In this document: one piece after another, positions 9,968 to 19,906 of the stretch
Layout of the letters: each line of letters opens with the position of its first letter
Position numbering within the stretch: the first letter of the stretch is position 1
Source: an uncultured Gemmiger sp.
Lineage (GTDB): Bacteria; Bacillota; Clostridia; Oscillospirales; Ruminococcaceae
Assembly (NCBI RefSeq): GCF_944388125.1
Contig: NZ_CALXHO010000003.1
Direction: 5' to 3' (one strand)
DNA: 64,000 nucleotides
Program-made: the position numbers and the translations under genes
Notes under the pieces: model-generated
Told to the model about the DNA's origin: nothing
What the model saw: only the letters and a program-made list of their open reading frames with translations
Databases searched by the model: none

Positions 9968-10483
9968 ATGGCTCTTCGCACCATTGTACAGGACGGCGAC
10001 CCGATTCTGAAAAAAGTCTGCCGCCCGGTCACCAAGTTTGACGACCGTCTGGCAACCCTGCTCGACGATATGAAGGAGACTCTCATTGAGGCCAATGGCC
10101 TTGGTCTGGCAGGCCCTCAGGTGGGCATCATGCGCCGTCTGTTCATCTGCCTGGATGACCGTGACATGCCCGAGGAACTGCCCGAAAATTACGAGTACAA
10201 GTTCATCGAGTTCATCAACCCCGAGATCCTCGAACTCAGTGATGAGAAGGTGGAACTGTACGAGGGCTGCCTGTCCTTCCCGGGCCATAATGGAGCGATC
10301 TCCCGCTCCAAGCACGTCAAGGTGAAGGCTCAGGACCGCAACGGCAAGGAGTTCACCATGGAGGCGGACGACATGCTGGCCCGCTGTATCCAGCATGAGA
10401 ACAACCATCTGGACGGCATTACCATCATGGACCTTGCCACCCATTTTTATGAGGATGACTACCCCGAGGAACGCGAAGACTGA
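9968..10483 (+). CDS. def: Peptide deformylase
   Basis: GLGLAGPQVG, EGCLS, QHENNHLDG. Confidence 0.96.
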   Translation: MALRTIVQDGDPILKKVCRPVTKFDDRLATLLDDMKETLIEANGLGLAGPQVGIMRRLFICLDDRDMPEELPENYEYKFIEFINPEILELSDEKVELYEGCLSFPGHNGAISRSKHVKVKAQDRNGKEFTMEADDMLARCIQHENNHLDGITIMDLATHFYEDDYPEERED

Positions 10484-10510
10484 CCGCGCAGTACAGGGAG
10501 GAAGGTATTT

Positions 10511-11431
10511 TTGAAGATTCTGTTCATGGGAACGCCCGACATCGCAGCCCAGAGTTTGGCGGCACTCCTTGACGCCGGACATGAGATCTGCGGCGTCTAT
10601 ACCCGGGCTGACAAGCCGGTGGGCCGCAAGCAGATTTTGACGGCACCGCCTGTCAAGCAGCTCGCGTTACAGCATGGGCTGACCGTCTACCAGCCGGCCA
10701 CTCTGCGGGACGGGGAGGCGGAAAAGGTTTTCCGCGCCCTGGCACCGGATCTGGTGGTGGTAGTGGCGTATGGCCGCATCCTGCCACCGGAGCTGCTGCA
10801 TATTGCCAAATACGGCTGCATCAACCTGCATGTCTCGTTGCTGCCCAAGTACCGCGGTTCCGCCCCCATTCAGTGGGCGGTCATCCACGGGGATGCCGAG
10901 ACCGGCGTCACCATCATGCAGCTGGACGAGGGCTGCGACACCGGCGACATCCTGATGGTGGAGAAGGTCCCCATCGGGCCGGAGGAAACTTCGGGCGAGG
11001 TGTTCGACAAAGTCAGCTCCATCGGCGCACGCACGCTGGTCCGTGCCGTCGAGCTGCTGCGGGAGGGCAAACTTACCCCCAAAAAGCAGAATGACTCTCA
11101 GGCCACCCAGGCCCCGCCCCTCACCAAGGAGATGGCCCACTTCACCTTTGATACCACGGCCCAGAAGCTTCATGATCTGGTGCGCGGTATGAATCCCTGG
11201 CCTGTCGCTTTCTTTGAATACGGCGGCAAAAAGGTCAAGGTTCTGCAAAGCCGTATCGCAGGGAACCCGGAGGACGCCAAGCCCGGCACGGTGCTGGCCC
11301 TCAAACCGCTGACCATTGCCTGCCACGCCGATGCCCTGCAGCTGCTCAGCGTCACACCGGAGGGCGGCCGCCCTATGGACGGCACTGCCTGGGCTGCGGG
11401 ACGCCGCCTCAAAGTGGGGGACCGCCTGTGA
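10511..11431 (+). CDS. fmt: Methionyl-tRNA formyltransferase
   Basis: FMGTPDIA, NLHVSLLPKYRGSAPIQ, D.GD. Confidence 0.97.
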   Translation: MKILFMGTPDIAAQSLAALLDAGHEICGVYTRADKPVGRKQILTAPPVKQLALQHGLTVYQPATLRDGEAEKVFRALAPDLVVVVAYGRILPPELLHIAKYGCINLHVSLLPKYRGSAPIQWAVIHGDAETGVTIMQLDEGCDTGDILMVEKVPIGPEETSGEVFDKVSSIGARTLVRAVELLREGKLTPKKQNDSQATQAPPLTKEMAHFTFDTTAQKLHDLVRGMNPWPVAFFEYGGKKVKVLQSRIAGNPEDAKPGTVLALKPLTIACHADALQLLSVTPEGGRPMDGTAWAAGRRLKVGDRL

Positions 11432-12735
11432 CGGCGCGGTATCTGGCAGTCCGCGCCCTCATGCACCAGGAGAGGGACGGCTATTCCAACCTGGTGCTGG
11501 ATGCCGAGCTCAAAAAATGTGACCCGCCTCTTTCCCGGCGGGACGCAGCCTTTGCAGCAAGTATTTTTTACACCACCCTGGAGCGCCAGCGCCTTCTGGA
11601 TTGCTGCCTCGATCGGTTTACCCGCAAGCCGGTGGCCAAACTGGATGCCCCTGTCCGGGCCATTCTCCGCGCCGGGCTGGCGCAGGCCAAGTTTCTGGAT
11701 GTGCCCCTGCCCGCCGCTGTCAATGAGTCGGTCAAGCTGGCCAAGGCCTTTGGCAAGACCAGCGCAGCCGGCATGGTAAATGCTGTTTTGCGCCGCGCCG
11801 CTGCCTTTGATGAGGCGACCCTGACTTTCGCAGAGCCGGTGGAACAGCTGGCTGTACAGTACAGTCTTTCGGATGCCGTTGCGGCGCTTTTGTACCGGGA
11901 TTACGGGGAGGAGGCCTTTGCCATTGCCGAGGCCTTCTACCACCGTGGGGATACCTTCATCCGGGTCAACACCCTCAAAACCGGGGATGAAGCTCTGGCC
12001 GACACATTGCGTGCGGAGGGCTGCGAGGTCCGTCCCGGTCCGTGGGAGCATTGCCTGTCCGTCCGGTTCCCGGCATCCCCGGCAGCGACCAAAGCCTTTG
12101 CCCGGGGGCTTTTCCATGTGCAGGGACTGGCATCCCAGTTTGCAGCCGGGTGCGTGGATGCGCTTCCGGGCCAGCGGGTGCTGGACCTCTGTGCCGCACC
12201 GGGGGGCAAGAGCCTGACCCTGGCTGAAGCCATGCAAAATGAGGGCAGCCTTGTCAGTACGGATGCAGTCAAAAGCCGTCTGCCGCTCATTGAGCAGGCT
12301 TTTGCCCGCTGCGGCGTAACCTGCGGCAGTGTACGCGCGGGGGATGCCTCCCGGTTTGACAAGACACTCGGCACCTTTGACCGGGTGCTGTGCGATGTGC
12401 CGTGCAGCGGCATCGGAGTCATCGGCAAGAAGCCGGATATCCGGTTCAAGACGCTGGAAAATCTGTCAAGCCTTGTGGCTTTACAGCAAAAGATCCTGCA
12501 AAATGCAGCCAGGTATCTTGCCCAAAACGGGCGTTTGGTGTATTCTACCTGTACAATCAACGTGAACGAAAACGAGGATCAGGTCCGCGCGTTCTGTGAA
12601 AACCATCCGGAATTTCACGTTGTGGCGCCGCAAACTGTGCCGGAGGGCGCGGTGGCGGGAAAGTGGGGAACGCTGTTTTTGCCCCACAAAACCGCATCGG
12701 ACGGCTTTTTTACAGCAATTTTAGAAAGAGTTTAG
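11428..12735 (+). CDS. rsmB: 16S rRNA m5C967 methyltransferase
   Basis: NusB-like N-terminus, DLCAAPGGKS, DVPCSG, YSTCT. Confidence 0.94.
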   Translation: MTARYLAVRALMHQERDGYSNLVLDAELKKCDPPLSRRDAAFAASIFYTTLERQRLLDCCLDRFTRKPVAKLDAPVRAILRAGLAQAKFLDVPLPAAVNESVKLAKAFGKTSAAGMVNAVLRRAAAFDEATLTFAEPVEQLAVQYSLSDAVAALLYRDYGEEAFAIAEAFYHRGDTFIRVNTLKTGDEALADTLRAEGCEVRPGPWEHCLSVRFPASPAATKAFARGLFHVQGLASQFAAGCVDALPGQRVLDLCAAPGGKSLTLAEAMQNEGSLVSTDAVKSRLPLIEQAFARCGVTCGSVRAGDASRFDKTLGTFDRVLCDVPCSGIGVIGKKPDIRFKTLENLSSLVALQQKILQNAARYLAQNGRLVYSTCTINVNENEDQVRAFCENHPEFHVVAPQTVPEGAVAGKWGTLFLPHKTASDGFFTAILERV

Positions 12736-12777
12736 AAATTTTCCGCTCAATGCATTATAATAAGAAGGTGGATCTTG

Positions 12778-13833
12778 ATGGAAAAACGCTGCCTCTCTTC
12801 CATGACACAGAAGCAGCTTGCCGAATATATTGCCTCGCTGGGGCAGCCGTCGTTTCGGGCCGGGCAGATCTATAAGTGGCTCCACCAGAAGCTCGTTACC
12901 GACTTCGACGCCATGACCGATCAGCCCAAGGCGCTTCTGGAACGCCTGCGGGAGGAGTGCACCATCGCGGCGCCCTCCATCCGGCGCAAGCAGTGTTCCC
13001 GGGACGGCACCATCAAATACCTGCTGGAACTTGCGGACGGCAACTGCATTGAGACGGTGCTCATGCGCTACCATTATGGCAATTCGGTCTGTGTGTCCAC
13101 CCAGGTGGGATGTGCCATGGGCTGCCGCTTCTGCGCATCCACGCAGGCGGGCCGCGTCCGCGACCTGACTGCAGGGGAGATTGCCTCCGAGATCTACACT
13201 GTCCAGCGTGACACCGGGGAGCGCGTCTCCCACATTGTCCTCATGGGCATTGGGGAGCCGCTGCACAATTTCAATAACGTCATGGATTTCCTGGAGATCA
13301 TCTCCAGCCCCGGAGGTCTGAACATCGGCATGCGCAATATCAGCCTGTCCACCTGCGGCCTGGTGCCCAAGATCGACGAGCTGGCCAAGCGCAAACTCCA
13401 GCTGACCCTGTCGGTGTCGCTGCACGCACCCAACAACAAGATGCGCAGCAGCATGATGCCGGTCAATGATGCCTACCCGCTGGAAAAACTGATCCCGGCC
13501 TGCCGCCGCTATCAGAAAATGACCGGGCGGCGCATCAGCTTCGAATACTCCATGGTGCGCGGCGTCAATGATTCGCCCGAGACGGCCAGGGAACTGGCCG
13601 ACCTCATCCGCGGCATGGGCGCTCACGTGAACCTGATCCCGATCAACCCGGTGGATGGCAGTCCCTACTCCGCCACCGACGACAAAAATGTTCGCCGCTT
13701 CCGGGATCTGCTTGAACAGCTCGGCGTCAATGCGACCATCCGCCGCCGCTTGGGCGCGGATATCAGCGCGGCTTGCGGTCAGCTGCGCAGGGAGGACGCC
13801 AAAATGACGATGGAAAGGAACCAGCATTCATGA
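12778..13833 (+). CDS. rlmN: 23S rRNA/tRNA m2A radical SAM methyltransferase
   Basis: STQVGCAMGCRFC, MGIGEP, AACGQL. Confidence 0.96.
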   Translation: MEKRCLSSMTQKQLAEYIASLGQPSFRAGQIYKWLHQKLVTDFDAMTDQPKALLERLREECTIAAPSIRRKQCSRDGTIKYLLELADGNCIETVLMRYHYGNSVCVSTQVGCAMGCRFCASTQAGRVRDLTAGEIASEIYTVQRDTGERVSHIVLMGIGEPLHNFNNVMDFLEIISSPGGLNIGMRNISLSTCGLVPKIDELAKRKLQLTLSVSLHAPNNKMRSSMMPVNDAYPLEKLIPACRRYQKMTGRRISFEYSMVRGVNDSPETARELADLIRGMGAHVNLIPINPVDGSPYSATDDKNVRRFRDLLEQLGVNATIRRRLGADISAACGQLRREDAKMTMERNQHS

Positions 13834-14579
13834 AACTTGCGGCGCTAACAGATATCGGCAGCTGCCGGCAGGAAAATCAGGATAACTACTGCGGCCAGCA
13901 GTTGACGGACGGTTCCGGCTGGGGCATCGTCTGCGACGGCATGGGCGGTGCGAACGGCGGCCGAGTGGCGGCCAAGATTGCCACCGATACCATGCTTCAG
14001 TATTTTTCCCGCCAGCTCAAGACCCTTCGCCACGGCGAGGAGAAGCAATTCATCATGCGGGGATTTGACATTACCAACCGGGCAGTTTATGATAAAGCTA
14101 CGTCGGATCCCGACATGCTGGGAATGGGCACAACGGGCGTGTGCGCTTACATTTATGAGAATATGGCGCACATTGTCCACGCGGGGGATTCCCGCGCCTA
14201 CCTGTTCCGGGACGGTCAGATCCGGCAGCTCACGCGGGACCATTCCATGGTCCAGCAGCTGGTGGACAGCGGTCAGATCACGCGGGAGCAGGCTGCGGCC
14301 CATCCGCAGAAGAATCTGATCACCCGGGCGCTGGGGGTGTCGGCCAACATCGTGCCGGAGTACAACCGCTGCGGCATCGAAAAAGGCGATATCATCCTTT
14401 TGTGCACTGACGGCTTGACCAATATGGTCTCAGATGCAGAAATCGCCCTCATCTTACAGGAAACCACATTCTTTGACGCACCCGGTGTGCTGGTGGATCG
14501 GGCCTTGTTGGGCGGCGGTCAGGACAACATCACCGTACTGCTGATGGGCGTGGAATCAACGGAGGAGACAAATGGATAA
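13830..14579 (+). CDS. prpC: PP2C-type Ser/Thr phosphatase
   Basis: R.ENQD, CDGMGG, GDSRAY, LCTDGL, GG.DN; ATGA overlap with rlmN. Confidence 0.95.
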   Translation: MKLAALTDIGSCRQENQDNYCGQQLTDGSGWGIVCDGMGGANGGRVAAKIATDTMLQYFSRQLKTLRHGEEKQFIMRGFDITNRAVYDKATSDPDMLGMGTTGVCAYIYENMAHIVHAGDSRAYLFRDGQIRQLTRDHSMVQQLVDSGQITREQAAAHPQKNLITRALGVSANIVPEYNRCGIEKGDIILLCTDGLTNMVSDAEIALILQETTFFDAPGVLVDRALLGGGQDNITVLLMGVESTEETNG

Positions 14580-16482
14580 TCTGATCGGCAAAAAGCTGGA
14601 CGGCCGCTATCTGATCGAGAGCCTGATCGGTGTGGGCGGCATGGCGAACGTTTATCGCGGCCAGGATACCCAGACCGGCAACGCAGTGGCGGTCAAGGTG
14701 CTGAAAGAGGAATTCCTCGATAATGAAGAGCTGGTCCGGCGCTTCAAAAACGAATCCAAAGCCATCTCGATCCTTGACCATCCCAACATCGTCAAGGTAT
14801 ACGACGTGTCTGTCTCGGACAAGATGCAGTATATCGTCATGGAGTATATCGACGGCATCACGCTGAAAGAATACCTCAAACAGCGCGGCGGGGCACTCAC
14901 CTGGAAGGAGACCGTCCATTTCGCCACCCAGATCTTGGGTGCTCTGGAGCATGCCCATTCCAAGGGCATCGTCCACCGGGACGTCAAGCCCCAGAACATC
15001 ATGCTGCTGGCCAACGGGTCCATCAAGATGATGGACTTCGGCATCGCGCGGTTCTCCCGTGCCCAGAGCCAGACCGTCAGTGACAAGGCCATCGGTTCGG
15101 TGCACTATATCAGCCCCGAGCAGGCCAAGGGCGACAAGACCGATGCCCGCACCGATATTTACTCGGTGGGCGTCATGCTGTATGAGATGCTCAGCGGCAA
15201 GCTGCCCTTTGACAGCACCGGTGCCGTGTCCATTGCCATCATGCAGATTTCGGAGAAGCCCCGTCCGCTGGCCGAGGTGGCGCCCAATGTTCCGGAGGGA
15301 CTGCGCCAGATCACCGAGAAGGCCATGAACAAGGACCCCAACGAGCGCTACCAGTCTGCCCGTGAGATGCTGGACGCCATTGATGCTTTCAAGCACAATC
15401 CGTCCATCCGCTTTGAGTATGAGTATATGACCCAGGATAACCCCGGCAAGACCATCAACAAGGTTGTCAACGACAGCAAGGGTCGCGGGGCCATCCGGAC
15501 ATCCGATGCCCGCCGCGCAGGACAGCCATCTGCGGCTGCAAAAGGGAAAAACGTGAAAAACAAACGCAAGAGCAAAAAAGGTGCCAAACCATTCTCTGTT
15601 GTGCCCATCTTCCTGGGCATGGCGGTGGCTTTCGTCATCGGCGCATATATTCTGGTCTACCTGATTTTTGCCAACTCCACCAACCCCCTGTTCTCCAACC
15701 GGGCAGACGTCCAGCTCATCAATTTTGTGGGGGAGACAGAGGATGATTTTCGCGCCTCGGAATACTATTCGCTTCTGACCCCCAACTGGGTCTATGAGTA
15801 TAATTCCCAGTATGAGGAGGGTGTGATCTATCAGCAGAACCCCAAGTCCGGCCGTACCGTCAAGGAGGGCCAGACCATCACCCTCAAGGTCAGCCTGGGT
15901 ACCCTCTGGGTACAGATCCCCGACTCGGTCATCGGCATGACCCAGGACGAGGCGGAGCAGGCCCTCAAGGACCTGGGGGTCAGCAATGTGGTCAACAGCT
16001 TTGTCATTGACGACAGCGTCACCTCCGGCACCGTTGTGCGCACCTCTCCCGAGGCCGGCCAGCAGGTGGAGGGAGATGCCACGGTCACCCTGTATATCGC
16101 CCAGCCCAAAATTGAGACAACCAAACTGGTTCCCACTGTGGAGGGCCTCGACTCCGAGAAGGCCCGCTCCACCCTGGCCAACATGCAGCTGGTCCCGTCC
16201 ATCATCGAACAGCCCAGCGACCAGCCTGCCGGCACGGTGCTGAGTCAGTCGCCTGCAGGCGGTACCGAGGTCCGCATCGGCTCCAGCGTGCGCCTGTATG
16301 TCTCCAGCGGTATTCCGGAGACGCCGGTGACAACACCTACTGACGGAGAACTCAACGGCGATCCCAATACCGTTGTCAAGACCTGGTCGGAAGACCTGGG
16401 CGACGGCAACTGGGAGGACCGTTACCAGACCGGCGACGGCAAGGTCTACCGTTCCGACGGAACCTTCCTGTATCAGGGATGA
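14572..16482 (+). CDS. prkC: PASTA-domain Ser/Thr kinase
   Basis: GVGGMA, HRDVKPQN, DFGIAR, TM helix, three PASTA-like repeats. Confidence 0.96.
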   Translation: MDNLIGKKLDGRYLIESLIGVGGMANVYRGQDTQTGNAVAVKVLKEEFLDNEELVRRFKNESKAISILDHPNIVKVYDVSVSDKMQYIVMEYIDGITLKEYLKQRGGALTWKETVHFATQILGALEHAHSKGIVHRDVKPQNIMLLANGSIKMMDFGIARFSRAQSQTVSDKAIGSVHYISPEQAKGDKTDARTDIYSVGVMLYEMLSGKLPFDSTGAVSIAIMQISEKPRPLAEVAPNVPEGLRQITEKAMNKDPNERYQSAREMLDAIDAFKHNPSIRFEYEYMTQDNPGKTINKVVNDSKGRGAIRTSDARRAGQPSAAAKGKNVKNKRKSKKGAKPFSVVPIFLGMAVAFVIGAYILVYLIFANSTNPLFSNRADVQLINFVGETEDDFRASEYYSLLTPNWVYEYNSQYEEGVIYQQNPKSGRTVKEGQTITLKVSLGTLWVQIPDSVIGMTQDEAEQALKDLGVSNVVNSFVIDDSVTSGTVVRTSPEAGQQVEGDATVTLYIAQPKIETTKLVPTVEGLDSEKARSTLANMQLVPSIIEQPSDQPAGTVLSQSPAGGTEVRIGSSVRLYVSSGIPETPVTTPTDGELNGDPNTVVKTWSEDLGDGNWEDRYQTGDGKVYRSDGTFLYQG

Positions 16483-17342
16483 CGCCGTATATTACCAAAG
16501 GCGTCGGCGGCTTTTATTATGTCCGTACGGAAAACGGCATTGCCGAATGCCGTGCCCGGGGGATTTTCCGCAAACGCGGCATCACGCCGGTGGCGGGAGA
16601 TCAGGTGGAACTCAATGCCGACGCCAATATGATCGACGAGATCCTGCCCCGAAAAAATGTTTTTGTGCGGCCTCCGGTGGCAAATCTGGATGTTCTGTTT
16701 ATTGTTGCCAGCACCACCCAGCCGGTCCCCAGCACGCTTGTGCTGGACAAGCTGGCGGCGTCGGCTTTTTACCAGAATGTCCAGCCGGTGCTGGTGGTGA
16801 CCAAGACCGATCTTGCGGCGGCTGATATGCTGCGGAAATCCTACACCGGCAGTGGTCTGCCCCTGATTCTTCTCCACTACGATACCGGGGAAGGGCTGGA
16901 CGAGGTCCGCGGATGGATCCAGGGGCATCTCTGTGCCTTCTGTGGCAACTCGGGCGTGGGCAAGAGCACCCTCATCAACGCTCTTGCCCCGGATCTTGAC
17001 CGGGAGACCGGGGCCATCAGCAAAAAGCTGGGCCGCGGCCGCCACACCACCCGGGAGGTTGAAATCTTTGAAGTCTGCGGCGGCCGCATTGCGGATACGC
17101 CGGGCTTTGCCAGCCTGGAGACCCAGCGGCTGTGCCGGATCCCCAAGGAAGAACTGGAACTGGTGTTCCCGGAATTTGAACCCTACCGCCAGCAATGCCG
17201 TTTTGTGGGCTGTTCCCATCGGTCCGAGAAGGGCTGCGCCGTGCGGGAGGCTCTCGCCGAGGGCAAGATCTCCCAGTCCCGGTATGACAGCTACCTTGCC
17301 ATGTACGAGGAAGCCGCTCAGCTGAAAGACTGGGAAAAATAA
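16479..17342 (+). CDS. rsgA: Ribosome small subunit-dependent GTPase A
   Basis: TKTD, GNSGVGKS, GRHTT, DTPG, Zn motif CRFVGCSH..E.GC. Confidence 0.96.
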   Translation: MTPYITKGVGGFYYVRTENGIAECRARGIFRKRGITPVAGDQVELNADANMIDEILPRKNVFVRPPVANLDVLFIVASTTQPVPSTLVLDKLAASAFYQNVQPVLVVTKTDLAAADMLRKSYTGSGLPLILLHYDTGEGLDEVRGWIQGHLCAFCGNSGVGKSTLINALAPDLDRETGAISKKLGRGRHTTREVEIFEVCGGRIADTPGFASLETQRLCRIPKEELELVFPEFEPYRQQCRFVGCSHRSEKGCAVREALAEGKISQSRYDSYLAMYEEAAQLKDWEK

Positions 17343-17430
17343 GCACTGTTTGCCGCAGGTTTTGCCGGCGTGCCGTCAACGCACCCGCGCAGGCCTGCGG
17401 CTTTTTGAATGAGAGGGGAGAAAATACCTC

Positions 17431-18060
17431 ATGGAACGTGCCGTCATTCTGTCTGCCTGCGGGGTGTCGCCGCAGATGCGCCGCTATATTCACAAGGGAG
17501 ACTATATTGTCGCCTGTGATGCCGGATATCGCAATGCGGCGGTGCTGGGGGTAAAGCCCGACCTGATCGTCGGCGACTTTGACTCAGCGCCCCGGCCGGA
17601 TACGCAGGGCGATATGATCGTGCTGCCTCATGTCAAGGACGATACCGATACCCAGTACGCGGCGCGCTGGCTGCTGGAGCACGGCGCAAAACAGGTCACA
17701 TTGCTGGGCGCCCTGGGCGGTGCACGGATGGAACATACGCTGGCAAACATTGCCACGGGATTGTTTCTTGCCCGTGCGGGGGTGCAGGTGATTCTGGCCG
17801 ATGAGCGCAGCGAGCTTCACTACCTGCTGCCCGGCCAACCGCTGAGCCTGCCGCGCGGGGATTGGATGTACCTCTCCCTCTTTCCCGTTGACGGCAGCCT
17901 GACGGGCGTCTGTATGTCGGGTGTGTACTATCCCTTGTCGGATGCCACACTGACGCCGGACTATCCGCTGGGGGTCAGCAATGAATTCACCGCCCCCACC
18001 GCGGAGCTTTCCTGTGCAGGAGGCTGCGGCCTGATTGTTTTGACCCGTGCCGACGGGTGA
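17431..18060 (+). CDS. thiN: Thiamine diphosphokinase
   Basis: ACDAG, VGDFDS, KDDTDT, GALGG.R.EH, GVSNE. Confidence 0.94.
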   Translation: MERAVILSACGVSPQMRRYIHKGDYIVACDAGYRNAAVLGVKPDLIVGDFDSAPRPDTQGDMIVLPHVKDDTDTQYAARWLLEHGAKQVTLLGALGGARMEHTLANIATGLFLARAGVQVILADERSELHYLLPGQPLSLPRGDWMYLSLFPVDGSLTGVCMSGVYYPLSDATLTPDYPLGVSNEFTAPTAELSCAGGCGLIVLTRADG

Positions 18061-18086
18061 CGTTTTTTCGGCAGACGGCATACAAT
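18058..18086 (+). promoter_or_regulatory. Putative sigmaE promoter of spoVM
   Basis: -10 CATACAAT at 18079-18086 matches the sigmaE consensus; -35 weak. Confidence 0.55.
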
Positions 18087-18116
18087 GGCGTACACGAGCA
18101 AATGGAGGTGGATGCC

Positions 18117-18188
18117 ATGCAAATCGTTGTCGTCAAATGCCCCAAGGCGCTCAGCTGGCTGCTGCGCGCGGTGTTCAAGGTGAAATAA
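18117..18188 (+). CDS. spoVM: Stage V sporulation protein M (23-aa amphipathic peptide; absent from ORF track)
   Basis: GGAGGTG RBS; MQIVVVKCPKALSWLLRAVFKVK with conserved Pro9; downstream of thiN as in Bacillus subtilis. Confidence 0.85.
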   Translation: MQIVVVKCPKALSWLLRAVFKVK

Positions 18189-18194
18189 CAGAGC

Positions 18195-18248
18195 AAAACA
18201 TCCCCCGGGAAGTCCCAACGGACACCCCGGGGGATGCTTTTCTTTTTG
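18195..18248 (+). terminator. Terminator after spoVM
   Basis: CATCCCCCGGG...CCCGGGGGATG followed by T run. Confidence 0.75.
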
Positions 18249-18350
18249 GATAAAGCCTTTCCGCCACGATGCAGCAGAAAAAGGACTAGTCTGAATTGCC
18301 GGACAGCCGCATATAGATGCACAAGAAAGCGTGGAAAGGGGCATGCACAT

Positions 18351-19892
18351 ATGGAATTGAAGGTGTTCAAAGACACCATTGCCGCATACGGCGGCAGATG
18401 GGAGACGAGGCTGGAACTGCCGGTGGAGACCGAGATCCTCGTCCCGGATTATCTTCCGGCAGTGTTCAAGATCGTCAAGTGCCTGATCGAGCCGGTACTG
18501 ATGCAGAACCATACCGCTGCTGCCAAATGGCAGGGGGAAGGCTACCTTCGCTGTACCGTCTACTACCAGTCGGACGAGGCCGGAACCCAACTCTACCGCA
18601 TCGAGCAGAAGTTCCCGTTTGAAAAATCGGTGGATCTGCCCGAGGGCCGCTATGAGACAGGCCCGGCGGGAGTCTGGGGGGAGCTGGAATACTGCAACTG
18701 CCGGGCCATCAGTGAGCACCGCATTGATTTGCGGGGGGCCTATGCCCTGGGGGTGATGGTGCAGGCGGTGGAGGAACTGGAACTGCTGACCTCCCTGGCG
18801 GACTGCGGCATTGAACAGCGGACCCGGGTGCTTTCCGGCAAGGTCTGCGCAGCGGCGGAGGAAAAGACCTTTACTGCCGAGAGCACCATCTCCCTGCCCG
18901 GCGGCGATGAGGTGATCCTGGACATTTCTGGGTTGTTTGTGCCGGACACCTGCACGGTGCAGACAGGGCAGGTCAGCTGCCAGGGAATGCTGCGGGTGCA
19001 GGCATGTTACCGTCCGGCAGGCAGTGAGGAGATCACCGGCCGCCAAAAGGAAATTCCTGTCCGCCAGACCATGGAGGTGCCCGGCGCTGCGGAAGGGGAC
19101 GAGTGTGTTTTCTGGGGCGAAGTTCTGGGCTGCGCACTGGCAGCCGATGATGCCGGCGACCCTGCACTGACCGTTACATGGAAGCTCCACGCCGAATTGT
19201 GGCGGCCGGTACAGTACACGGCGGTGGCGGATGCCTACTCCACCCTCTGCCATACCGAGACCCAGGGGACAGTCTGCCGCCTGCTGGAGGATGCCTGCTC
19301 CCTGCGCCAGACCATTCTGGCCGAAGCGGGAGATGATCTTCCAGACCCGGATCTGGAGGTCAAGGGATGTTTTGTCACGCTGGGTGCTTTGATGCCCACG
19401 CCCGGGGAGCAGGAAAACACCGTCTGTTTCGGTGGCAAAGGCACGGCCCATGTGCTTTGTGCCGATGCACGGGGAGAGCTGACCTGCTATGATAAGGGGT
19501 TCACATGGCAGCTGCCTCAGAGTTTTGCAGGAACGGCAGCGGATTACTGCCTGCGGGCGCATGCAGTGGTGGCCAAGATCACTTCGGGCAAGACTGGCGG
19601 CCGGCTCCGGGTGGAAATCGAGATTGCAGTGGACGGCCAGCTTCTGAAGGTCACCGCCGTCCCGGTCGTGGGGGATGTTGCACTGGGGGAGGAATTCCCT
19701 GATAAGAACGACGGCCCCGCACTCTACCTCTACTATGCATCGGAGGGAGAGCGGGTGTTTGACATCGCCAAACGTTACCATGCCCGGGCCAAAGATCTGG
19801 CGGCGGCCAATCATATGGAATCCGATCCCGGGACACCGGTGCAGGAGATGACCACTGCCCGGACCTGCCTGCTGATCCCCGCGGCACTGTGA
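18351..19892 (+). CDS. SPOCS (DUF3794) repeat plus C-terminal LysM-like coat morphogenetic protein, SipL-like
   Basis: ILVPDYLPAVFKIVK SPOCS-like start; C-terminal LysM-like GERVFDIAKRY...LLIP; directly upstream of spoIVA. Confidence 0.8.
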   Translation: MELKVFKDTIAAYGGRWETRLELPVETEILVPDYLPAVFKIVKCLIEPVLMQNHTAAAKWQGEGYLRCTVYYQSDEAGTQLYRIEQKFPFEKSVDLPEGRYETGPAGVWGELEYCNCRAISEHRIDLRGAYALGVMVQAVEELELLTSLADCGIEQRTRVLSGKVCAAAEEKTFTAESTISLPGGDEVILDISGLFVPDTCTVQTGQVSCQGMLRVQACYRPAGSEEITGRQKEIPVRQTMEVPGAAEGDECVFWGEVLGCALAADDAGDPALTVTWKLHAELWRPVQYTAVADAYSTLCHTETQGTVCRLLEDACSLRQTILAEAGDDLPDPDLEVKGCFVTLGALMPTPGEQENTVCFGGKGTAHVLCADARGELTCYDKGFTWQLPQSFAGTAADYCLRAHAVVAKITSGKTGGRLRVEIEIAVDGQLLKVTAVPVVGDVALGEEFPDKNDGPALYLYYASEGERVFDIAKRYHARAKDLAAANHMESDPGTPVQEMTTARTCLLIPAAL

Positions 19893-19906
19893 AAGGAGGC
19901 CCACAA

